Shown piece after piece: positions 17,786 through 25,950 of a DNA stretch of 64,000 nucleotides. The position numbers and the translations under genes are program-made. The stretch covers positions 7 through 64,006 of the forward strand of contig CANQWE010000004.1 of assembly GCA_947627475.1 (NCBI GenBank), read 5' to 3'. Position 1 is the first letter of the stretch; every line of letters starts with the position of its first letter. The notes beneath the pieces are model-generated. The model was not told the DNA's origin. It saw nothing but the letters and a program-made list of their open reading frames with translations, and did no database searches. Source of the DNA: an uncultured Clostridia bacterium. GTDB taxonomy: Bacteria > Bacillota > Clostridia > Oscillospirales > CAG-272.

Positions 17786-20236
17786 TTAGTCCGTTACGCT
17801 CAAGTCACGCAGAGAAATTTCCACAACGGTTCCTGCAGGCACCATTGTCTTTTCGGCAATGGACTGTACAGCTACCGTGGACTCACTGCTGTTGGAGGCA
17901 CCTTTCACGCTGACGTTGAGCCCTGCATTGATCAGGATACGGTTTGCTGCCTCTGCGGATTTGCCCACAACATTTGGTACTTCTACTGTGTTTTTTGCTT
18001 CTTCCCCATCTGTATAGAGAATCACGCGCCCACTGTCTTTGGACAATGTACTGCCGGCTGCCGGCACCTGTCCGGTAACTGTAGTTCCAGTTCCAACGAC
18101 TTCACATTTCAGTCCTTTGGCTGCAATGTCGCTGCTGGCCTCCGCCGTAGTGGTACCAACATAATTTTTTACACTGATTTCTACAGATTTCAGTTCTTCC
18201 TCTGTATACTGAGGCTCATATCCCATATAAGGAAGAATCGTGGACAGGAAATTGGAAACATAAGGAGCCGCTACCACACTGCCATACACACTGCCACCCA
18301 TAGGCTCATCTACTACAATGATCACTGCAATTTCCGGATCGTACGCAGGAGCAAAAGCTACGCAGGAGCCGATACGTAAAAAAGTCTGCCCGCTTTCATC
18401 CTTCTGGTCAATTTTTTCAGATGTTCCTGTTTTGGCTGCCACCTTATATCCCTTTACGTAAGCGTTCTTGGCACCGCCATCTGTGGATACGCCTTCTTCC
18501 AGGATCCCTGCGATGGTATCGCACACCTCAGTGCTCACTACCTGTCGCTTTATGTCTGTTTCATAAGTGTCTTTCACCTTGCCTTCGCTGTCCACTACTT
18601 CCTTGAGCAAATGTGGCGTTACAAGATTTCCTCCGTTTGCTACAGCAGAAATTGCAGTCAGCTGCTGCAGCGGCGTTGTCTTATAGGTCTGACCAAAAGA
18701 ATAAACTGCAAGAGACACGGTGGTAAAATCGTTGAAATTATGGTAATATGTTGCCACTTCGTTGGGCAAATCAATACCGGTAACATCCCCATAACCAAAA
18801 TCCAGGAAATATTTATAAAAGGTTTCTCTTCCCAGACGCATTGCCACCGTCATCAGAGCCGGGTTGCAGGACTGCTGCAAGCTCTTGGCATAGGGCAGCG
18901 TTCCATGTCCCGTTCTCTTATGACAGCTGATAGGACGGGAATATCCTTCGATTTTCAGACTGCCGGTACAGGTGAAATTCTCTGTAGGATTGGTTACGCC
19001 TTCTTCAAAGGCCATTGCAGTGGTCATAATTTTGGAGGTAGATCCCGGCTCATACAGCTCTGTGATCGCTTTATTTTTCCACATTGTGTAAAGCAAATCG
19101 AAGTATTTGCTAGTCCTGGCCTGCTCATACAGATCCGCAAAGTTGGCATCGTAATACTGATCAGCTGCAGCGGTCAGCTCTTCGCTGCCGTCTTCCAGCT
19201 TTTTGTTTTCCTCCTTCACTTTCTGTACCGCCAGTTTATATGCATCATCGTTGCGCTCGTCGCTGCTTTCATATGCCGTCAGCTTTTCCTGGGACCAAGC
19301 ATCCAGCGTATATGGATCGTTGCAGTCAAAAGAAGGATAGGTAGCCATACCCAGTATGGCGCCAGTGTTCACATTCATGACAATGCCGGCTGCACGGTTG
19401 GCTGCTTGATTTTCGTTTACGGTAGCCTCCAGTTGGTTTTCCAATTCGTACTGGATATAGGTATCGATATTCGTCACGATATCGTACCCATCTTCTGCGG
19501 CAACATAGGTTTCGTACGCAAAACCCATATCATTGTTCAGTGCATCCTGGGCCGTTACATACCGGCCACTGGTTCCTTCCAGCAGGTTATTATAATATGC
19601 CTCCAGACCGTAGATTCCAATTCCATCGCTATTGGTAAAACCAAGGGTGTGGGCAGCAAGATCCCCGTAAGGGTAGTACCGGATTGCTCCGGCGCGCAGA
19701 TATATCTGAGAAGTCAAATCGTACTCTTCAATAAACTGGCGTACTTTTTCTGCGTCTTCTTCACTGATCTCGTTGGCAATCACCTCATACCGGCGGTTTT
19801 TTTTGCCGGTCTTTTCCAGCACTGTATCATAATCACATCCCAGTGTATCCGCAAAAAAGCGGGAGATCAGCTCATCCATTTTAATATCGTTGTACTCTGC
19901 ACCGGCGGATTTCCATGTATACACCGCCTCTTCACCGTCATCCTCTGCTTTTGCCATTGCGTCAATAATGTCCTGGGGAGATATAAAGCAAAGATATACT
20001 GTGGCGTTGGTAGCAAGAATATTGCCGTTGGTATCATAGATCGTGCCCCGTTCCGGGTTGACCTCTGTCTCCATGGTAATCTCGTTCATTACCTGTTCCT
20101 TATAGTAATCATAGCTATATACCTGCAGATATGCCAACCGTATAGCCACAAGAATCGCGAGCGCGCCAAACACCATTGCAAGGACTGTGGCGCGGGAAGT
20201 AGTGCGCCTGGTAATTCTCTTTCTGTTTTCCGCCAT
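17786..20236 (-). CDS. Class B penicillin-binding protein (FtsI/SpoVD/PBP2B type) with two C-terminal PASTA domains
   Basis: N-terminal TM anchor, SxxK (STSK), SxN (SCN), KTGT, and two PASTA-like repeats at the C-terminus. dcw position after ftsL. Confidence 0.93.
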   Translation of the reverse strand: MAENRKRITRRTTSRATVLAMVFGALAILVAIRLAYLQVYSYDYYKEQVMNEITMETEVNPERGTIYDTNGNILATNATVYLCFISPQDIIDAMAKAEDDGEEAVYTWKSAGAEYNDIKMDELISRFFADTLGCDYDTVLEKTGKKNRRYEVIANEISEEDAEKVRQFIEEYDLTSQIYLRAGAIRYYPYGDLAAHTLGFTNSDGIGIYGLEAYYNNLLEGTSGRYVTAQDALNNDMGFAYETYVAAEDGYDIVTNIDTYIQYELENQLEATVNENQAANRAAGIVMNVNTGAILGMATYPSFDCNDPYTLDAWSQEKLTAYESSDERNDDAYKLAVQKVKEENKKLEDGSEELTAAADQYYDANFADLYEQARTSKYFDLLYTMWKNKAITELYEPGSTSKIMTTAMAFEEGVTNPTENFTCTGSLKIEGYSRPISCHKRTGHGTLPYAKSLQQSCNPALMTVAMRLGRETFYKYFLDFGYGDVTGIDLPNEVATYYHNFNDFTTVSLAVYSFGQTYKTTPLQQLTAISAVANGGNLVTPHLLKEVVDSEGKVKDTYETDIKRQVVSTEVCDTIAGILEEGVSTDGGAKNAYVKGYKVAAKTGTSEKIDQKDESGQTFLRIGSCVAFAPAYDPEIAVIIVVDEPMGGSVYGSVVAAPYVSNFLSTILPYMGYEPQYTEEELKSVEISVKNYVGTTTAEASSDIAAKGLKCEVVGTGTTVTGQVPAAGSTLSKDSGRVILYTDGEEAKNTVEVPNVVGKSAEAANRILINAGLNVSVKGASNSSESTVAVQSIAEKTMVPAGTVVEISLRDLSVTD

Positions 20237-20362
20237 TCAGCTATCTTCCTTTCCCCGGCACTGCAACTTGTTCGTTTGATTCTATGTGCCGATGCAGCAA
20301 TTTATGTATCCCACATAATCTAAAGAAGGTGTGCGCGGCACACCTTCTTTAGGATGAAAAGA

Positions 20363-21232
20363 TCAGTCAATATATTCTAAGAGCTTATCCCAGCCGCTTC
20401 CAACAGAAGATAAAAGTGTGGTAAAAATCCCGAAATCTTCCGCTTTTTCTTCTGGATCCTCTATTACTTCAACCCGGTCTCCCTGAGCAATGTTAATATA
20501 TTTGGATTCAACCTGATTGCGGCGTACCATACCAATATCTTCTCTGGCAGTTTGTTCAATCACACGAACATCATTTTTTAAATCCAACTGGATCGCCAGC
20601 TGTTCCACTTCTGTACTCAATTCACTTCGTTTGGATTCCAGTCCGGAAATTTCCCGTTTAAACTCATTGATTTGCGCAAAACTAAAAATAATCATCATTA
20701 CTATAGCGGTAAACAAAACGATTGCGATCAAAATACTTTTGGGAACAGGAGCGCTTTTCACCTGCACTTCGTCTGCGCGGCCGCCGCGAATCAGCTGAAG
20801 CAGTCCACCTTTTGCGCGTTCTGGTTCTTTTGTCTTTGGGCGCGGCCTGCTCTGTATAGTCGCCGCTTGGGCGCGAATAGAAGCTGCCCGCGCATAGGCT
20901 GATGCATATGCACCGGAGGGAAACGGCGTAACTTTTGAAAAGGCACGGGTACGCTGCTGTGCTTCATAAGCTGCACGCTGCGATGCTGACGGGCCAGACT
21001 TTGCAGCTGCTGCAGCCTGGACATCTGCTCTTTTCCCAGCAGGAACAAATTCAGCTGTATCTTCAAAGGGATTGACAGTTTTGGCAATTTTCCCATTTGC
21101 CACCTTGGAACTTCTATGAGCCTGGTAAGATGCAGAAACTGCGGCCGCACCTCTGCCGCTGAATTTCTGCTGCAATCTGCCGCACAGCGGATTTTCTGCC
21201 GCGCCTGTTACATGCATTTGCACACTTGCCAT
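20363..21232 (-). CDS. ftsL: FtsL-like bitopic division protein with a long Ala/Gln/Arg-rich N-terminal tail
   Basis: Position between rsmH and the PBP. Single TM followed by a coiled-coil (INEFKREISGLESKRSEL...). Start set to the ATG at 21232 (SD aaggaaaggga); alternative at 21259. Confidence 0.6.
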   Translation of the reverse strand: MASVQMHVTGAAENPLCGRLQQKFSGRGAAAVSASYQAHRSSKVANGKIAKTVNPFEDTAEFVPAGKRADVQAAAAAKSGPSASQRAAYEAQQRTRAFSKVTPFPSGAYASAYARAASIRAQAATIQSRPRPKTKEPERAKGGLLQLIRGGRADEVQVKSAPVPKSILIAIVLFTAIVMMIIFSFAQINEFKREISGLESKRSELSTEVEQLAIQLDLKNDVRVIEQTAREDIGMVRRNQVESKYINIAQGDRVEVIEDPEEKAEDFGIFTTLLSSVGSGWDKLLEYID

Positions 21233-21282
21233 GTCTTTCCCTTTCCTTTCTTTTATCATTCCGCTATATGCGGCTCACTCTG

Positions 21283-22221
21283 TTAAATTTTTTCTACCAC
21301 CCGCAGTTTCGCACTTCTTGCCCTTGGATTCTCCAATATTTCTGCATCAGAAGGTACAATTGGCTTTTTTGTGATCCGTGTTACGATCGGTTTTTTTCCA
21401 CAGGTACATACCGGAAAATTCGGAGGGCATTCACAAGGCGAAGCCATCTTTCCAAACACCTGCTTTACAATTCGATCCTCTAAAGAGTGAAACGTGATCA
21501 CCGCGGCACGTCCGCCAGGACGCAGCCGCTCTACTGCCGCTTGCAACGATGGCTCGATCACCTGCAGTTCTCCATTTACTTCAATACGCAGCGCCTGAAA
21601 TGTCCGGCGTGCAGGATGTTGATTTTCTTTATGTCGGGATGCAGGCGGTATAACACTGGTAACCAACTCGGCAAGCTGCTGCGTTGTTTCAATTGGCCCA
21701 TCAGACCGTTTTTCCACGATGGCCGAAGCAATTCTTTTGGAAAACCATTCTTCTCCATAGTCCCGTATAATTCTGTATAGCTCCTCTTCGCTGTAGGTGT
21801 TGACGATGTCTGCTGCGGTTTTGCCGCTAGAGCGGTCCATACGCATATCCAAAGGAGCGTCCATCATGTAGGAAAAGCCCCGCTCTGCTTCATCCAGCTG
21901 AACAGATGAAACACCAAGATCCCACAAAATACCGTCTATTTTTTGTATACCTAAGCCGTCCAGCACATCGCCGACAGCTGCAAAATTTGCTTTTACAACA
22001 GTAGAAGCAGTCCCATACGCCGCAAGCCTCTGCCTGCAGCGCAGCACTGCGCGTTCGTCCTGATCTAAGCTGATAAGTCTTGCACCATGAGGAGTGTGCC
22101 GCAAAATTTCTTCAGAGTGACCGCCGCCACCGGCAGTACAGTCTACAAAAATGCCTCCACGCTGGGGTACAAGAGCTTCCACCGCTTCTTTCAGAAGAAC
22201 AGATACATGTGCATAGTTCAC
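21283..22221 (-). CDS. rsmH: 16S rRNA (cytosine1402-N4)-methyltransferase
   Basis: HVSVLLKE, DCTAGGGGHS and LGVSS motifs, dcw position 2. Confidence 0.95.
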   Translation of the reverse strand: MNYAHVSVLLKEAVEALVPQRGGIFVDCTAGGGGHSEEILRHTPHGARLISLDQDERAVLRCRQRLAAYGTASTVVKANFAAVGDVLDGLGIQKIDGILWDLGVSSVQLDEAERGFSYMMDAPLDMRMDRSSGKTAADIVNTYSEEELYRIIRDYGEEWFSKRIASAIVEKRSDGPIETTQQLAELVTSVIPPASRHKENQHPARRTFQALRIEVNGELQVIEPSLQAAVERLRPGGRAAVITFHSLEDRIVKQVFGKMASPCECPPNFPVCTCGKKPIVTRITKKPIVPSDAEILENPRARSAKLRVVEKI

Positions 22222-22247
22222 ATTATCTCTGCCTTTCTTATTATTTT

Positions 22248-22676
22248 TTACAAACCGTATTCCAGCATCAAATCCCGGATGCTGGCCACCTTTTCTGTAT
22301 CATACATATCCGGGATCTGTGCGCTCTCAGAAGCCCAAAGCTCCACTCTGTCCCCACATCCGATGAACGTGACCCCTTCCGTCAGGCCTGCATACTCCAC
22401 CAAATCCTTGGAAAGCATCACTCTGCCCTGCCCGTCAGGCACCGATTTTTGCGCGTTACCACATATAAATCGGGTAATATCCCGCACCTGGGTTTTCGGC
22501 AATTCCTTAAGTTTATCAGTATAGTTGGACCATTCTGCCATGGAATATGCTGACAGGCAACCGTCGACATTTACTGTGATTACAATCGGAGAGCCAAGGT
22601 CTTCACGAAATTTTGCTGGAAAGAACACACGATTCTTTGCATCCAGCGTGTGGGTGTATTTACCCAGCAAATCCAC
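22248..22676 (-). CDS. mraZ: Transcriptional regulator MraZ
   Basis: Two SpoVT/AbrB-like halves with DAKNR and DGQGR motifs. A GTG start at 22676 (SD aaggggga 6 nt upstream) gives a canonical N-terminus and a 142-aa length. The ORF extends to an ATG at 22706. Confidence 0.9.
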   Translation of the reverse strand: MDLLGKYTHTLDAKNRVFFPAKFREDLGSPIVITVNVDGCLSAYSMAEWSNYTDKLKELPKTQVRDITRFICGNAQKSVPDGQGRVMLSKDLVEYAGLTEGVTFIGCGDRVELWASESAQIPDMYDTEKVASIRDLMLEYGL

Positions 22677-22744
22677 TTTTGGCTCCCCCTTTTCCACCAT
22701 TTTCATGGAACAATTATGTACTATTGCTCCACCAGCATGTAAAT

Positions 22745-22773
22745 ATTATAATATGGACGTTGCAAATTTGCAA
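22745..22773 (-). promoter_or_regulatory. Candidate dcw (mraZ) sigma-A promoter
   Basis: Minus strand reads TTGCAA, 17 nt, TATAAT. The -35 lies inside a perfect 14-nt palindrome TTGCAAATTTGCAA (22760-22773). Confidence 0.6.
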
Positions 22774-22946
22774 TACATTTTTATAAGTTTTACAAGGTTT
22801 TTTTCATTATTTCGTACTATTTCTCACGTCTTTCCTCTGAATATTCCGTATCTTTTTACATTTTCTACCAATTTATTTATTTTTTGCCATTTCCATATAT
22901 AAACATTTGTTTTTTAACAGAGCAAAAAACAAATGCAGTCGTTTGT

Positions 22947-22983
22947 AAAAAAAGCAGCTGTCAAAAAGACAGCTGCTTTTTTT
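22947..22983. terminator. Bidirectional intrinsic terminator
   Basis: 10-bp stem agcagctgtc / gacagctgct with aaaaa loop, flanked by A6 and T6. Confidence 0.8.
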
Positions 22984-23066
22984 ACATTTGTTTGGTATAA
23001 GTACATTGTATTTCATGATTTACATACAACGTGTTTTCTGACATATGATTGAATGATACGACGTAT

Positions 23067-23095
23067 AAAAAAGAGAACCGATTGGTTCTCTTTTT
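23067..23095. terminator. Intrinsic terminator downstream of the tautomerase gene
   Basis: Stem gagaacc / ggttctc with gatt loop, flanked by an A-run and T5. Confidence 0.75.
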
Positions 23096-23109
23096 GTTCA
23101 ATTTTCTTT

Positions 23110-23346
23110 TTACGTAAAGGATACCGGATCGGTATATCCCGGCTTTACCAGTACGTTGTCCTTGTCTTTTACAAATTCATTGTATACGTCTTTCCATTGG
23201 GAATAGTCGTATTCCTCAACAGAAACCGAAATATATTTCTCTGGCTTTCCCATGGTTTGGTTTACCACGGCGGCAATTTTATCTGCAGCCTTTTTTAGCT
23301 GCTCCTGAGAAGGTCCGCTAATGGTTTTAATTACGATATGTGGCAT
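23110..23346 (-). CDS. Tautomerase-superfamily (4-oxalocrotonate tautomerase-like) protein
   Basis: Start MPHIVIKT gives Pro-1 after Met removal. About 78 aa. SD aaaaggagag upstream of the ATG at 23346. Confidence 0.7.
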   Translation of the reverse strand: MPHIVIKTISGPSQEQLKKAADKIAAVVNQTMGKPEKYISVSVEEYDYSQWKDVYNEFVKDKDNVLVKPGYTDPVSFT

Positions 23347-23375
23347 ATGCACGCTCTCCTTTTTTGCTTTTTATT

Positions 23376-23930
23376 TTATTGAATCCATAAAATTTTATCC
23401 ATATCCGGTGTATGGGGGACAGCGCCGGCTTTTTCTGCATACCCCAGCAAAACTGCAATTCCCAAATCATATCCAACCGGAAATCTGAGTTTCTCTTTGA
23501 AAGTCTCCCCCTGCTCCCCTGCAAAGGAAAACTGTGCAAGGCCGCAGATCAAAGAGTCTATCCCCAAGGATGCAGCAGAAAGAGCAATATTTTCTGTAAC
23601 GATGCCGCAGTCTAATAGTGCATTTTCAGCAACAGGGATCAGCATCATGCAAGGGGCATTGTAATATAGTTTCCCGCCTCTGGACAAAATGCGTTCATAA
23701 ATACTTCTGTCCGGCAAGGCCGCCAGATTCTTCATTCCTTCCCGTTCCAAGTCCTGCATCAGTTCCTGATTTTTCAGCACGATCACCCGCCAAGGTTGGC
23801 GATTCATCCCGCTGGGCGCACATACGCCTGCCTGCGCGATCGTCTGCAAATCAGAGTCGCCGGGAATTTTTTCTGTAAATGCCCGGCAGGAATACCGGGT
23901 GCGAATGGTTTCGATTGTGTCAAGTGGCAT
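23376..23930 (-). CDS. Nitroreductase family protein
   Basis: RYSCRAF ... APSGMNRQPWR motif, 184 aa. Confidence 0.88.
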   Translation of the reverse strand: MPLDTIETIRTRYSCRAFTEKIPGDSDLQTIAQAGVCAPSGMNRQPWRVIVLKNQELMQDLEREGMKNLAALPDRSIYERILSRGGKLYYNAPCMMLIPVAENALLDCGIVTENIALSAASLGIDSLICGLAQFSFAGEQGETFKEKLRFPVGYDLGIAVLLGYAEKAGAVPHTPDMDKILWIQ

Positions 23931-23957
23931 AATCCGTCGTCTTCCTTTTCCTTATAT

Positions 23958-24752
23958 TTATCCAAAAACCTCGGCAGCCCCTATGACCTGCAGCAAATCT
24001 TCCTCTACAGACGCACGTCCGTATCCGTCGATAAATCGCTGCCGATATTGATCTGTTTTTAAATTATATTGCAGCGTCCACAACGCCCAGAATAGATCGA
24101 CATGCCGATCTCCTACCCCGCCAGAGTCCAAATCCACAAAGCCGCTAAGCTTCCAGTCCCGCAGGATAATATTGGGCAGGCAGAAGTCTCCGTGCAAAAG
24201 CGTATCTGCGCATAATAGATGGCCTTTTTGTGAAAGGACATCGTAGGCTTTCCCCGCGCTGGCGTAGCCCCAGTTATCCGGAAAAAGCGTGTTGTCATAT
24301 TTCCCTTTTCGGTAATTGAATGCAGCCCGCTCCAGATACAGCTCCGTGTGATTTCCTACAGGGCAGCCGGTATAATCCATATGATGCAGTGACCACAAAA
24401 GCTGGGAAAGCACGTCACACAGGCGTGCCGGATCCGATAAATACTTGTCCGATACGCAGTCGTTCCCCGGCAGTTTTTCTGTAAGCATCCAATCCTTATC
24501 ACAGGAAATATAGGCGATCACATCTGCGGCAAGTCCTTTTTTGTGAAACCAAGCAGTCAGCGCTGCCTCCTGCTGCAATGTGCCCTTTAAGGCAGACTTT
24601 AGAAAATATCCGCTGTCCTTCTGGATATAGATCACACGGGCGTTTGAGGAACTGCTGCTGTCATACAGCTGTGCACCGGATAAAAACGGCAGCAGACTTT
24701 CCGGATAGCGCTCCGGACGGCAAGGAATCGGTTTCAAAGTCATAAGAGGCAC
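23958..24752 (-). CDS. Aminoglycoside 3'-phosphotransferase-like kinase (APH(3') family)
   Basis: HGDFCLPNIIL ... GFVDLDSGGVGDRHVDL matches the APH(3') catalytic and Mg-binding loops. 264 aa. Confidence 0.8.
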   Translation of the reverse strand: MPLMTLKPIPCRPERYPESLLPFLSGAQLYDSSSSSNARVIYIQKDSGYFLKSALKGTLQQEAALTAWFHKKGLAADVIAYISCDKDWMLTEKLPGNDCVSDKYLSDPARLCDVLSQLLWSLHHMDYTGCPVGNHTELYLERAAFNYRKGKYDNTLFPDNWGYASAGKAYDVLSQKGHLLCADTLLHGDFCLPNIILRDWKLSGFVDLDSGGVGDRHVDLFWALWTLQYNLKTDQYRQRFIDGYGRASVEEDLLQVIGAAEVFG

Positions 24753-24954
24753 CCCGTTTTAGTATAGCAGTCTGCCGGCAGAAATGCAAGTAAAAAACAG
24801 CCAGAAAGGGAAAACAATATGAAGCTCCCTCTCTTCCGGGTAAGTGACAGATCTGACTGTGGGAGATATTTTGCAGTTTTCCTATCATTCTTTTGTTTGA
24901 GCGAATCTATTATTTATAGATTCGCATTCTTTAGACGATATATCCAATTATATT

Positions 24955-25349
24955 TCATATCCATACAACTGATTCGGATCCGGCACGGGGACATATATAC
25001 CATATCTGAAAAAAGGTTCCACCCTTATGCTGCAGAAAATTAAGCAACGTACGTATGTCCCCCATATCCTCATCATTAAAACCAATCGTCATTTCCCATA
25101 TACGTTCGGTTTGTGTTTTCATAGAAGCTGCAGAATATCCATCGGCCCAAAGTGTATCTGCAAACCGGTCAATCAATATATTCGGGTGGACCCAGATCCC
25201 CCCATATGCCCTTTAACTCGTATGATTTCCTCTTGGGTGATTTCTTCTAACTGCTTCCCTTTGAAATACGATAGCGATAAGCCGATTCCCCCCAACCTGC
25301 CCCCAACGCTGTTGCCGTATCGAAAGGTATAATTCCTGATCTTCCCCAT
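24955..25349 (-). pseudogene. Possible frameshifted small ORF (two adjoining frames split at a G6 run)
   Basis: Protein-like frame MGKIRNY...IIRVKGHMGG stops at 25173. A second frame continues GGIWVHPNILIDRFADTLW... to 24955. One extra G in the run at 25198-25203 (minus strand) would join them. Confidence 0.3.
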
Positions 25350-25600
25350 ACGTAAATTTCTGCTGTGTACTATTTTGTTCCACTGGATTTCACTATACGG
25401 CGACGGAGCGGACAAGTCACAGTCTTTGATTTCTACAAAAAGTTTCCCCCCTACTGGTACCGGAGCGTGGAATCGGAGTAAGCTTTTTACAGGCGGTAAA
25501 CGCTGCAAAAAGCCCGGCCAAGTCTGTTTTTGACTGATTCGATTCTGCAGGAATAGCGCGGCATAAATCGGGGACACTATGGACCAGTTGAGGTGAGTAT

Positions 25601-25840
25601 ATGGCACGTAAGGTTTTTGTTGAGGTAATAGCAAAATTTGACACTGAAGGGAAAATAACGCCGTTGTCCCTGTTCTGGGAGGATGGAACACGGTACGAAA
25701 TCGATCGTGTCCTGGATATGCGCCGGGCCGCTTCCCTAAAAGCAGGCGGCATGGGTATTCGATATACGATTCGTATAGGCGGGAGAGACAGCTATCTATT
25801 TTTTGAGCAGCCGCGCTGGTTTGTAGAAGCAAAAAAATAA
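25601..25840 (+). CDS. Small conserved-looking hypothetical protein (79 aa)
   Basis: SD gaggtga 5 nt upstream of the ATG, balanced composition, followed by a terminator-like hairpin. Confidence 0.55.
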   Translation: MARKVFVEVIAKFDTEGKITPLSLFWEDGTRYEIDRVLDMRRAASLKAGGMGIRYTIRIGGRDSYLFFEQPRWFVEAKK

Positions 25841-25860
25841 TGTAACTGGAAATGCAAAAC

Positions 25861-25917
25861 GAGATAACACAGATAAACTGCCCTTTGCGGGACTTCTATA
25901 TGTGTTATCTCATTTTT
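25861..25917. terminator. Long stem-loop between convergent genes
   Basis: 11-bp stem gagataacaca / tgtgttatctc enclosing a second small hairpin. T-rich on both flanks. Confidence 0.5.
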
Positions 25918-25950
25918 AAGTCTATTTGGAGCTACACTTTTGAGAGGATA

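Noticed and set aside
18611-20323. 570-aa plus-strand ORF
   Set aside because: It is entirely antisense to the well-supported PBP gene. It has a Cys/Ile/Phe/Arg-rich shadow-frame composition, no RBS and no recognisable motif.
25350-25832. Upstream two-thirds of minus-strand ORF 25173-25832
   Set aside because: It has Pro/Leu/Gln-rich non-protein-like composition and overlaps the better-supported plus-strand gene 25601-25840. Only the 3' part was kept, as a possible pseudogene.
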